Shown: piece by piece, positions 7,752 to 14,411 of the stretch
How positions within the stretch are numbered: position 1 is the first letter of the stretch
Layout of the letters: the number at the start of each line of letters is the position of its first letter
NCBI GenBank assembly: GCA_966212065.1
Contig: CBIHOQ010000016.1
Coordinates: 61,550-85,549 of the forward strand
Length of the DNA: 24,000 nucleotides
Direction: 5' to 3'
Source: an uncultured Burkholderiaceae bacterium
Lineage (GTDB): Bacteria; Pseudomonadota; Gammaproteobacteria; Burkholderiales; Burkholderiaceae
Made by a program: the position numbers and the translations under genes
Notes under the pieces: model-generated
The model's input: only the letters and a program-made list of their open reading frames with translations
Databases searched by the model: none
Told to the model about the DNA's origin: nothing

Positions 7752-10301
7752 ATGTCCACACATTCCACGCTTAGCGTCGCATCCTCTCCGCAGGCAACGG
7801 GGCTCAATGCCCTGTTAACTAGCGGCCTGTCGGTCAGCTTTCCCCGTCTGGATACCGCTGATGCGATTGCGATCACACGCCGCGTTTACGGCATAGATGG
7901 GGCAGCTACGAGGTTTTCGACCGAGAAGGACGACACCTTTCGTATCGACGCCTGCGACGGCGCGCGGTACGTCTTGAAGATCTCGAACCCCGGCGAGACA
8001 GCTGAAGAGCTCGACTTGCAGGTGGCCGCGATGCGGCACGTCGCGCTCGTCGCGCCCCGGTTGCCGGTGTCGCGCGTGCTGCCAAGTATTGATGGACAAT
8101 TTATCGTGCCGCTCGCGTTAGCCTCATCCACGCAGCCGCACCGCACGGCGAGGCTCTACAGCTACCTCGAAGGCACGCCGCTCGACACACTGCACCCTAG
8201 CGCACGCAATCGATACGAGATCGGTGAGGTGCTGGCGCAACTGCGCCTGGCCATGGCCGACTTCCGGCATCCGCACGAGCACCGGGTGCTGGCTTGGGAC
8301 GTGAAGCACTTGGCGAGTCTCGCGGGGTTGCAGGCCCATATCGCCGACCCGTTGCACCGCTCGCTGATCGAGCAGGCATTCGCGCGCTTTGCGGCGATCG
8401 AACCGGCCTTACGCCGCTGTCCGACGCAAGTCGTGCACAACGACTTCAACCGCTCGAACATCGTCGCCAACGCAGGCGGCCCGAACTTCGTCAGCGGCAT
8501 CATCGACTTTGGCGACACCGTGCATACGGCGGTAGCCATCGATGTCGCCACGGCGGTCATGAATCAATTCCCGCTCGACTTCGACGCCGACGGCTCGCAC
8601 GACCTGTTTGTCGAGGCGCGCGACCTGCTGCGCGGCTATCTCGCGCATGCCGAGCTCAGCGCTGACGAACTGCTGCTGATTCCGCACCTGGCGATGGCGC
8701 GCGTCGCGGCGCGGGCCTTACTGACTTCATGGCGCGCCATGCTGTTTCCGGAAAACGAGGCCTACATCCTGCGTTTCACTCGGCCGGGATGGGAGCATTT
8801 GCGCTGGTTCATGCAACGCGACCATGACACCGTTTCCCATGCCTTGCTTGAGTTCGTCCGCCGACCCACTCGCTCCACCTCTCTTGAGCCCTCTATGAAC
8901 GCCACCCCCACGCCCATGCCGCAGCCGCCCGTCCTCAATCAAGCCGTCGATACCGGCAAACCCGCCGACAGCCTGCGCGGCGACATGCCGAACGGCTTCA
9001 ATCCCTCGGAGATCTCCCACCTCGACGCCGCCACGCAACAACACATCGCGCGCCGCCTACGGCTGCTCAGTCCGTCGTATCGCTTGTTTTACGCCGAGCC
9101 GGTAAAGATTGTGCGCGGCGAGAAGGTCTATCTGTACGACGATGAGGGCAACGACTATCTCGACGCCTACAACAATGTCGTCTGCGTCGGGCATGCCAAT
9201 CCGCGCATTGTCGATGCTGTTACCCGTCAGCTCTCGACACTCTGCACGCATACGCGCTACATGCAGGAGCCGATCCTCGACTATGCAGAGGACCTGCTCT
9301 CGACCTTCAACACGTCGATCCGCGAAGGGCAGATGATGTTCACCTGCACGGGTTCCGAGGCCAACGACCTGGCCATGCGCATCGCGATGCAGTACACCGG
9401 CAAGACAGGCGTGATCGTGACCAGCGAGGCCTATCACGGCAACTCTCACATCACCTCGAGTTTTTCGCCGTCGCTGGGCCGCAAGGCCTTGCTGGGCCCC
9501 TACGTGCGCACGGTACCGGCCCCCGACTCATACCGGATGACGCCGTCCGAGATCGGTCAGCGCATGGCCGAGCAAGTCGCGCTGCAGATCGAGGACATCC
9601 GCCGTCACGGCGGCGGCCTGGCCGCCTTCATCGCCGATTCTTTCTTCTCGTCGGATGGCGTCTTCGCGCACCCGACCGATGTGCTGGCGCCGGTGGCCGA
9701 GGTGGTGCGCCGCGCCGGCGGACTGTTCATCGCGGATGAGGTGCAATCGGGCTTCGGGCGCGGCGGTACCCACATGTGGGGGCACGAGCGCCACGGTGTC
9801 GTGCCCGATATCGTCACGCTGGGCAAGCCGATGGGCAACGGCTACCCGGTAGCGGGTCTGGTCGCGCGCCCCGAGGTCGTCGCCGGCTTTGGCCGGGACA
9901 TGCGCTACTTCAACACCTTCGGCGGCAATTCGGTGGCGGTCGCTGCCGCGCAGGCTACGCTCGACGTGCTGCGCGACGACTATGTGCTCGATAACGTGCA
10001 GCGGGTCGGCGCGATCATGCTCGAGGGGTTGAATGCGCTGGCAAAGAAATACGAATGCATCGGCGATGTGCGCGGCACCGGTCTGTATTTCGGCGTCGAG
10101 ATGGTGCGTGATCGCGCGAAGAAGGACACCGACATCGCGACGGCGCTCAAGGTCGTTAATGGCCTGCGCCAGCGGCGCGTGCTGATTTCGGCAACGGGGC
10201 CGGACGCGAGCGTGCTGAAGATCCGACCGCCGCTGGTGTTCGCGGCCAAGGACGCGGACCGCTTGCTGACGGAACTGGACGCCGTGCTCGCCTCGCTCTA
10301 G
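7752..10301 (+). CDS. Bifunctional fusion: APH-family (hydroxylysine-kinase / homoserine-kinase II-like) phosphotransferase plus a class-III aminotransferase-fold PLP enzyme (phospho-lyase-like)
   Basis: All residue numbers use track-ORF numbering (start 7707). The N-terminal domain (residues ~40-385) has the kinase catalytic loop VHNDFNRSN (243-251) and IIDFGD (265-270). A Pro/Thr-rich linker follows (~386-440). The C-terminal domain has YNNVVCVGHANPRIV, GSEANDLAMRIA, ADEVQSGFGRGG and the PLP-lysine motif DIVTLGKPMGNGYPVAG (AAG at 9825-9827). I prefer the ATG at 7752 over the TTG at 7707. Confidence 0.88.
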   Translation: MSTHSTLSVASSPQATGLNALLTSGLSVSFPRLDTADAIAITRRVYGIDGAATRFSTEKDDTFRIDACDGARYVLKISNPGETAEELDLQVAAMRHVALVAPRLPVSRVLPSIDGQFIVPLALASSTQPHRTARLYSYLEGTPLDTLHPSARNRYEIGEVLAQLRLAMADFRHPHEHRVLAWDVKHLASLAGLQAHIADPLHRSLIEQAFARFAAIEPALRRCPTQVVHNDFNRSNIVANAGGPNFVSGIIDFGDTVHTAVAIDVATAVMNQFPLDFDADGSHDLFVEARDLLRGYLAHAELSADELLLIPHLAMARVAARALLTSWRAMLFPENEAYILRFTRPGWEHLRWFMQRDHDTVSHALLEFVRRPTRSTSLEPSMNATPTPMPQPPVLNQAVDTGKPADSLRGDMPNGFNPSEISHLDAATQQHIARRLRLLSPSYRLFYAEPVKIVRGEKVYLYDDEGNDYLDAYNNVVCVGHANPRIVDAVTRQLSTLCTHTRYMQEPILDYAEDLLSTFNTSIREGQMMFTCTGSEANDLAMRIAMQYTGKTGVIVTSEAYHGNSHITSSFSPSLGRKALLGPYVRTVPAPDSYRMTPSEIGQRMAEQVALQIEDIRRHGGGLAAFIADSFFSSDGVFAHPTDVLAPVAEVVRRAGGLFIADEVQSGFGRGGTHMWGHERHGVVPDIVTLGKPMGNGYPVAGLVARPEVVAGFGRDMRYFNTFGGNSVAVAAAQATLDVLRDDYVLDNVQRVGAIMLEGLNALAKKYECIGDVRGTGLYFGVEMVRDRAKKDTDIATALKVVNGLRQRRVLISATGPDASVLKIRPPLVFAAKDADRLLTELDAVLASL

Positions 10302-10404
10302 TCAACGATGGCCGGTCGCGTCAAACCCGGCCGATCGTCGACAGGCGTCATGTTAGCGTCCGCGTCGGCCACCTATAATCGTGATTCCAACGACCCATCG
10401 CGAT

Positions 10405-11094
10405 ATGAGTGCACCGATTCCTAAACCGGCGAGCGTCGCCGAGGCGGCCAAGCCCACAGCCGTTCAAGCGCTGGCCGAGAAGCTCAAGACCCGCATCTTG
10501 AACGGCGATTTCGCGCCGGGCGAGTACCTGCGCGACATCAAGATGGCCGAGCAGTACGAAGTGTCGCGCAGCACGTTCCGCACGGCCGCGCAGTTGCTGG
10601 TCGCGCGCCGCATCCTGCGCCAAGTGCCCAATCGCGGGTTCTTCGTGCCGGAGTTCTCGGCCGACGACATCGTCGACGTAACGCGTTTTCGGGGCGTGCT
10701 CGAAGTCGAGGCGGTGAAGATGATCGTGCATACCGGGCACATTCCGGTCGAGGCGATCAATGCGGTCGAGCGGCTGCGGGATGCCCCCGACGACGCGCCG
10801 GTCTCGTTCATGGTGGAGGGGGATCGCGACTTTCATCGCGCGATTGTGGCGGCCAGCGGCAGCGAGCGGCTGCAACGCAGCTATGAAGCGATCGAGAGCG
10901 AGATCGAATTGCTGCTGGTGCAGCGCCAGCATTTCTACGAACACCCGAAGGAAATCGTGCGAGAGCACGAGCACTTGATTGCCTGCCTGAAGACGCGCGA
11001 CTTCGCGGCCGCGCGCGATGCCTTCCTCGAACACTGGGATGATCTGCGCGTCAGCCTGCTGCGCGTCGAGGCGAAGAAGGTGCGGGCGCGCTGA
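10405..11094 (+). CDS. GntR-family transcriptional regulator (FadR subfamily, FCD C-terminal domain)
   Basis: wHTH: GEYLRDIKMAEQYEVSRSTFRTAAQLLVARRILRQVPNRGFFV. The helical C-terminal domain contains DRDFHRAIV and REHEHL His residues, as in FCD domains. The start is uncertain (GTG 10381 or ATG 10405), and neither has a clear SD. Confidence 0.85.
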   Translation: MSAPIPKPASVAEAAKPTAVQALAEKLKTRILNGDFAPGEYLRDIKMAEQYEVSRSTFRTAAQLLVARRILRQVPNRGFFVPEFSADDIVDVTRFRGVLEVEAVKMIVHTGHIPVEAINAVERLRDAPDDAPVSFMVEGDRDFHRAIVAASGSERLQRSYEAIESEIELLLVQRQHFYEHPKEIVREHEHLIACLKTRDFAAARDAFLEHWDDLRVSLLRVEAKKVRAR

Positions 11095-11125
11095 ATGGGT
11101 CGTTGATCCAGCCATTCGCGGGCCA

Positions 11126-11617
11126 CTACTGAATGACCGTTCGTCCCGTGTGTCCGGAGGTCCAGCGGCGGCGCAGCCAGTGATCCACCGACAGCGTGCC
11201 CGCCCCGCGGCAGAGCAGCACGAGCAGCATCGCCGCCCACTGAATATGGGTCGGCCATGCCTGCGGGTAGACGAAGATCTCGATCACCGACGTCATGCCG
11301 AGCAGCACTAACGCCGCGGGCCGGGTCCCGAGCCCCAGCACGAGCAGAATGGGCGTGCTCAGTTCGATCGAGGTGCCGATATAAGCGGCGATCTCCGGCG
11401 GCAGCAGCGGCACCTTGTATTCATCGCGAAACAGCGCGAGCGCGGCGTCCCAGTTCGCGAGCTTGGCCATGGCGGAATTCCAGAAGACCGTCGCCACCGC
11501 GAGCCGCAGCGGGATCGCGAGCAGCCAATACGGCACTCGCTCTAGCCGCTTTGCGACGCGCAACAGCCGCGAGGGAACGGACGACGCATGGCGGTTGGTG
11601 GGTGTTAGGTCAGGCAT
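11126..11617 (-). CDS. DoxX-family membrane protein (fourth gene of the bufferin/gig-type operon)
   Basis: 163 aa from the ATG (complement of 11615-11617): MPDLTPTNRHASS...VPYWLLAIPLRLAVATVFWNSAMAKLANW...ELSTPILLVLGLGTRPAALVLLGMTSVIEIFVYPQAW, with four hydrophobic segments. The track ORF (to 11965) is over-extended in an Arg-rich frame across the upstream gene. It overlaps the upstream gene by 13 nt. Confidence 0.8.
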   Translation of the reverse strand: MPDLTPTNRHASSVPSRLLRVAKRLERVPYWLLAIPLRLAVATVFWNSAMAKLANWDAALALFRDEYKVPLLPPEIAAYIGTSIELSTPILLVLGLGTRPAALVLLGMTSVIEIFVYPQAWPTHIQWAAMLLVLLCRGAGTLSVDHWLRRRWTSGHTGRTVIQ

Positions 11618-12423
11618 GGCGATGATCCTCCAGAAGGAGATCCGGCGTCGGGCACCGACTCGGCATCGGCAAAGCATGCGCGCCCGAGCAGTAAGGCCAG
11701 AAGAGCGTACCCGTCCGTGCTTAGAGCGACAGACAGCGCGTCGCGAATCGCTTCGCCGGCAAAGAGTGCAGCAGCGATCCGGTACTCGCCATCGCCCAAG
11801 CGAAGGACCTCGACTCCTTCGGCCGTACGTTGCACGAGCAGGTGCACCGGACCATCGTCGAGTCGGATCGAATGCATCGCCGGGGCGTCCTGCTCGAGCA
11901 CCGCGCGCCAGATCGCATCGGCCGGAAAGGCGAAATGCGCGAGCCGTACCGCCGGATGCGGACACAGGCGCAGCGCGCCGAGCGCATCATCGTCAAGCAA
12001 TGCCAGACGTGGAAGGTCGAGTGTCGGGAGGGCCGGTGCATGCAACACGCTATTCACCTGCCACTCGAGATACGCGACACCGGCGAGATATGGCACCGAT
12101 GCTGTCTCCGGGAGTTGCGCGAGAAATGCGGGAAACGTCGCGCCATACTCGTCCAGCCATGCGCTATCCGGCGGCGATGCGTCGATGAAGCGTCGGACGG
12201 CTCCTTCAAAGCACTCCGCTCCAACGAGACGTTGCACGGCCGGAAACGCCAGGCGAATCGCATTCACCAGCACGCCGGTCGCCGTGTTGCGATAGATCGA
12301 CAGACGCGCAACGGGCGCGAGGCCGTCAGCCACGATCCACGCCTCGGCGTCTCCCCCCGCGCCGCGCAGATTTTCTCGAACCGCTCGCTGCAATTCAGCC
12401 AGCGTGGATGCGGGCGGGTTCAT
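11605..12423 (-). CDS. bufC: DUF2063-family protein (BufC/GigB-like partner of the DUF692 enzyme)
   Basis: The sequence LAELQRAVRENLRG...RLSIYRNTATGVLVNAIRLAFPAVQRLVGAECFEGAVRRFIDASPPDSAWLDEYGATFPAFLAQ...YLAGVAYLEWQVNSVLHAP carries the SIYRN / LxxxFP / YLxDxAxLEW pattern that I recognise for DUF2063. The start is at 12423 (MNPPAST) or 12453, overlapping the upstream gene by 29 or 59 nt. Confidence 0.78.
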   Translation of the reverse strand: MNPPASTLAELQRAVRENLRGAGGDAEAWIVADGLAPVARLSIYRNTATGVLVNAIRLAFPAVQRLVGAECFEGAVRRFIDASPPDSAWLDEYGATFPAFLAQLPETASVPYLAGVAYLEWQVNSVLHAPALPTLDLPRLALLDDDALGALRLCPHPAVRLAHFAFPADAIWRAVLEQDAPAMHSIRLDDGPVHLLVQRTAEGVEVLRLGDGEYRIAAALFAGEAIRDALSVALSTDGYALLALLLGRACFADAESVPDAGSPSGGSSPCLT

Positions 12424-13285
12424 ATCGAGCCGTCTCCAGTGCAAATTCTGCAATTGCCGCTTCCTGCATCAAGGTTTCCAGCGCCGGCACATCGGTGTCC
12501 CATTCGATCAGTGTCGGTACGGCGCCGAAACGGCGCAGCGCTTCGCGATACAGGGTCCAGACCTCGGGCGCGACGCGAGAGCCGTGATCGTCGATGCGCA
12601 GCGTGTGCCCGTCCTCGAACTGCCTGACGCTGTGACCCGCAAGATGAATCTCGCCGATCGACGCCGGCGGCAGCGCAGCGAGATAGGCCCGCGGATCCCA
12701 GCCGTGATTGCAGGCGCTGACGTAGATGTTGTTGACATCGCAAAGCAGGCCGCATCCTGTTCGTCGCGTGATTTCCGCGAGGAATTCCCATTCCGGAATG
12801 GTCGAGTGGACAAACTGCAGGTACGTGGACGGGTTTTCCACCAGAATCGGCCGCCCGAGTGCGTCCTGAACCTGGTCCATATGTCGGCACATGACGTCCA
12901 GCGCTTCCTCGGTCATCGGCAATGGCAGCAGATCGGCCAGATAGGTTCCGCCCACCGCACTCCACGCCACGTGCTCGGACACCAGATCGGGCTCGAAACG
13001 TCGCACCGTTGCGCATATGCGAGCCAGATGCGCGGCGTCCAGCCCATCGGGGCTGCCGAGGGACAGGCCCACGCCATGCAGCGACAGCGGGTAGTCGCGG
13101 CGGATGGCGTCCAGATATTGCGACGCCGTTCCGCCCCCCATGTAGTTCTCGGTGTGTACCTCGAACCAAGGGACAGCCGGCTTCTCATCAAGCACTGCCT
13201 GATGGTGCCGGAAGCGCAGGCCAACGCCCGCCCGCGCGGGGACTGGCCGTGGCGCCGCGCAATGCGATGGCGCGGATACGTTCAT
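12395..13285 (-). CDS. bufB: DUF692 / MbnB-like multinuclear non-heme iron oxidative enzyme (MNIO), BufB/GigA-like
   Basis: 296 aa from the ATG (complement of 13283-13285). Motifs: GVGLRFRHH, WFEVHTENYM, HGVGLSLGS, SEHVAWS, ILVENPSTY, LCDVNNIYVSA, HLAGH, LIEWDTD. These form the TIM-barrel metal-ligand pattern of DUF692. The track ORF (to 13456) is over-extended into the precursor gene. Confidence 0.88.
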   Translation of the reverse strand: MNVSAPSHCAAPRPVPARAGVGLRFRHHQAVLDEKPAVPWFEVHTENYMGGGTASQYLDAIRRDYPLSLHGVGLSLGSPDGLDAAHLARICATVRRFEPDLVSEHVAWSAVGGTYLADLLPLPMTEEALDVMCRHMDQVQDALGRPILVENPSTYLQFVHSTIPEWEFLAEITRRTGCGLLCDVNNIYVSACNHGWDPRAYLAALPPASIGEIHLAGHSVRQFEDGHTLRIDDHGSRVAPEVWTLYREALRRFGAVPTLIEWDTDVPALETLMQEAAIAEFALETARYEPARIHAG

Positions 13286-13299
13286 GGCGGAACCCGTCT

Positions 13300-13620
13300 T
13301 CAGCTGGCCTTGAGTTTGCCGCCCGCGATCTTGCTGCAGTCGCCGGCCGGCAGCAGCACGAAGGACTTCGCATCGCGAGCCTGCGTGGACTGGCCAGCGC
13401 ACGAATGGGCCCCTTCGGCGCAGTCGTTCTTGGCTACCGCGTTCACGCCGTAGCATTTTTCGAGGTGGTTTTGCGCCATCCTGGCCATGTTGTCTTTGAC
13501 GATCTGGGGCATATTGCTCATATCCTTCATGCCCTGCGCTTGCCCCGGGACGGCTTGCATGGCGAGCGCGAGCCCGACGGCGGCGGATAGCGAGGAAATG
13601 GCCGAAGCGGATTTGCTCAT
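13300..13620 (-). CDS. bufA: Secreted DUF2282 Cys-containing RiPP precursor (bufferin BufA1 / GigP-like)
   Basis: 106 aa from the ATG (complement of 13618-13620), preceded by an AGGAGA RBS. It has a Sec-type signal (MSKSASAISSLSAAVGLALAMQA), a Met-rich tract (MKDMSNMPQIVKDNMARMAQNH) and a core EKCYGVNAVAKNDCAEGAHSCAGQSTQARDAKSFVLLPAGDCSKIAGG. The four Cys are at residues 56, 67, 74 and 95. Only 14 nt separate it from the DUF692 gene. Confidence 0.85.
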   Translation of the reverse strand: MSKSASAISSLSAAVGLALAMQAVPGQAQGMKDMSNMPQIVKDNMARMAQNHLEKCYGVNAVAKNDCAEGAHSCAGQSTQARDAKSFVLLPAGDCSKIAGGKLKAS

Positions 13621-13669
13621 GGTGTGTTCTCCTGACGTGGGATCGCCGATGCGCGACCTTGTCAAAAAA

Positions 13670-13695
13670 TTCGCTCCGTCGCAGCCAAAGGTTAC
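13670..13695 (-). promoter_or_regulatory. ECF (SigF/ECF16-type) promoter candidate GTAACC-N16-CGAA driving the precursor operon
   Basis: The minus strand reads GTAACC tttggctgcgacggag CGAA. GTAACC is the complement of 13690-13695, the spacer is exactly 16 nt, and CGAA is the complement of 13670-13673. The element ends 49 nt upstream of the bufA ATG. As I recall it, this matches the promoter consensus published for Caulobacter SigF. Confidence 0.6.
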
Positions 13696-13757
13696 TCAGC
13701 GTGCCGAAAATTTTTTGCGCCGCTTTTTGCGCTGCGTCTTAAGAGGATCGATGGGTC

Positions 13758-14411
13758 ATGACTGACGAGAAAGGCCATCGGCGACGCCGCATCCATCTGG
13801 TCCGGCCGGCACCCGGACCGGAACGCGGCGTCGGCGCGCAGGCCGCAACCCGGGAGGACGGATCGCCCGACTGGTCGATGCTGATGGCATGTGCGCAGAT
13901 CGGCGACAAGGACGCGTACCGGCGCTTGCTCGAGAGCATCGCGCCGTACCTGAGGCGCCTCGCTGCGCGCCGCGGCGTGCATCCGGATGCCGTCGAAGAC
14001 GTCGTTCAGGACATTCTCGCGACGATCCACCAGGTGCGTCATACGTATGCGCCCGAGCGGCCGTTCGGGCCCTGGCTGGTGTCGATCGCGAGCCGGCGCA
14101 TCGTCGATGCATTGCGGCGGCAGGGGCGCGCGGTATCGCGCGAAGTGCCGCTCGATCCGGAACATGAAACCTTGCAGGGTGACGGAGCGAATCTTATGGA
14201 AGAAGCGGCGGATGCGCGCGTGCTGCGCGAAGTGCTCGCCCAGTTACCGCCAGGTCAGCGCGAGGCGATCCGGATGCTGAAGCTCGAGGAGATGTCGTTG
14301 AAGGAAGCGGCCGTGGCGACCGGCATGACCCTAGGCGCGTTGAAGGCCGCGGTCCATCGCGGGCTCAAGGCGTTGCGCAGGTTGTTGGAAAAGCAGGGGA
14401 ACCGGCAATGA
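13758..14411 (+). CDS. ECF-type RNA polymerase sigma-70 factor (SigF/RpoQ-like)
   Basis: Region 2: DAYRRLLESIAPYLRRLAARRGVHPDAVEDVVQDILATIHQVRHTY...FGPWLVSIASRRIVDALRR. Region 4: LPPGQREAIRMLKLEEMSLKEAAVATGMTLGALKAAVHRGLKALRRLL. An AAGAGGA RBS ends 10 nt upstream of ATG 13758. An alternative internal start at 13878 would remove a 40-aa N-terminal extension. Confidence 0.88.
   Translation: MTDEKGHRRRRIHLVRPAPGPERGVGAQAATREDGSPDWSMLMACAQIGDKDAYRRLLESIAPYLRRLAARRGVHPDAVEDVVQDILATIHQVRHTYAPERPFGPWLVSIASRRIVDALRRQGRAVSREVPLDPEHETLQGDGANLMEEAADARVLREVLAQLPPGQREAIRMLKLEEMSLKEAAVATGMTLGALKAAVHRGLKALRRLLEKQGNRQ

Noticed and set aside
10306-10337. Hairpin (CGATGGCCGG ... CCGGCCGATCG, 11-nt loop) right after the fusion gene stop, considered as a terminator
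   Set aside because: The stem has a bulge and no U-tract follows, so it is not a convincing intrinsic terminator. It may be a weak attenuator, or nothing.
10374-10379. Perfect TATAAT hexamer just upstream of the GntR gene
   Set aside because: There is no convincing -35 at 17-nt spacing (TGTTAG). The hexamer lies only 2 nt before the GTG 10381 candidate start. I cannot support a promoter call from sequence alone.
11126-11965. 279-aa version of the DoxX ORF. There are analogous 5' over-extensions at 12395..13456, 13300..13665, 6540..7445, 20820..21608, 22682..23740, 5946..6491 and 3505..4509.
   Set aside because: The upstream extensions overlap neighbouring genes or AT-rich intergenic DNA and lack family similarity. 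Internal ATG/GTG codons with SD-like sequences give proteins of canonical length, so I trimmed the starts.
12404-13453. 349-aa plus-strand ORF antisense to the DUF692 gene. Similar long antisense ORFs occur at 10348..11115 (-), 22916..23767 (-), 17728..18447 (-), 6756..7370 (-) and 1164..1925 (+).
   Set aside because: These are shadow ORFs typical of high-GC DNA. They are Arg/Ala/Gly-rich, low-complexity translations with no recognisable motifs. In each case the opposite strand carries clear family signatures (DUF692, GntR, SBP_bac_3, beta-propeller blades, HAD motifs, Rossmann folds).
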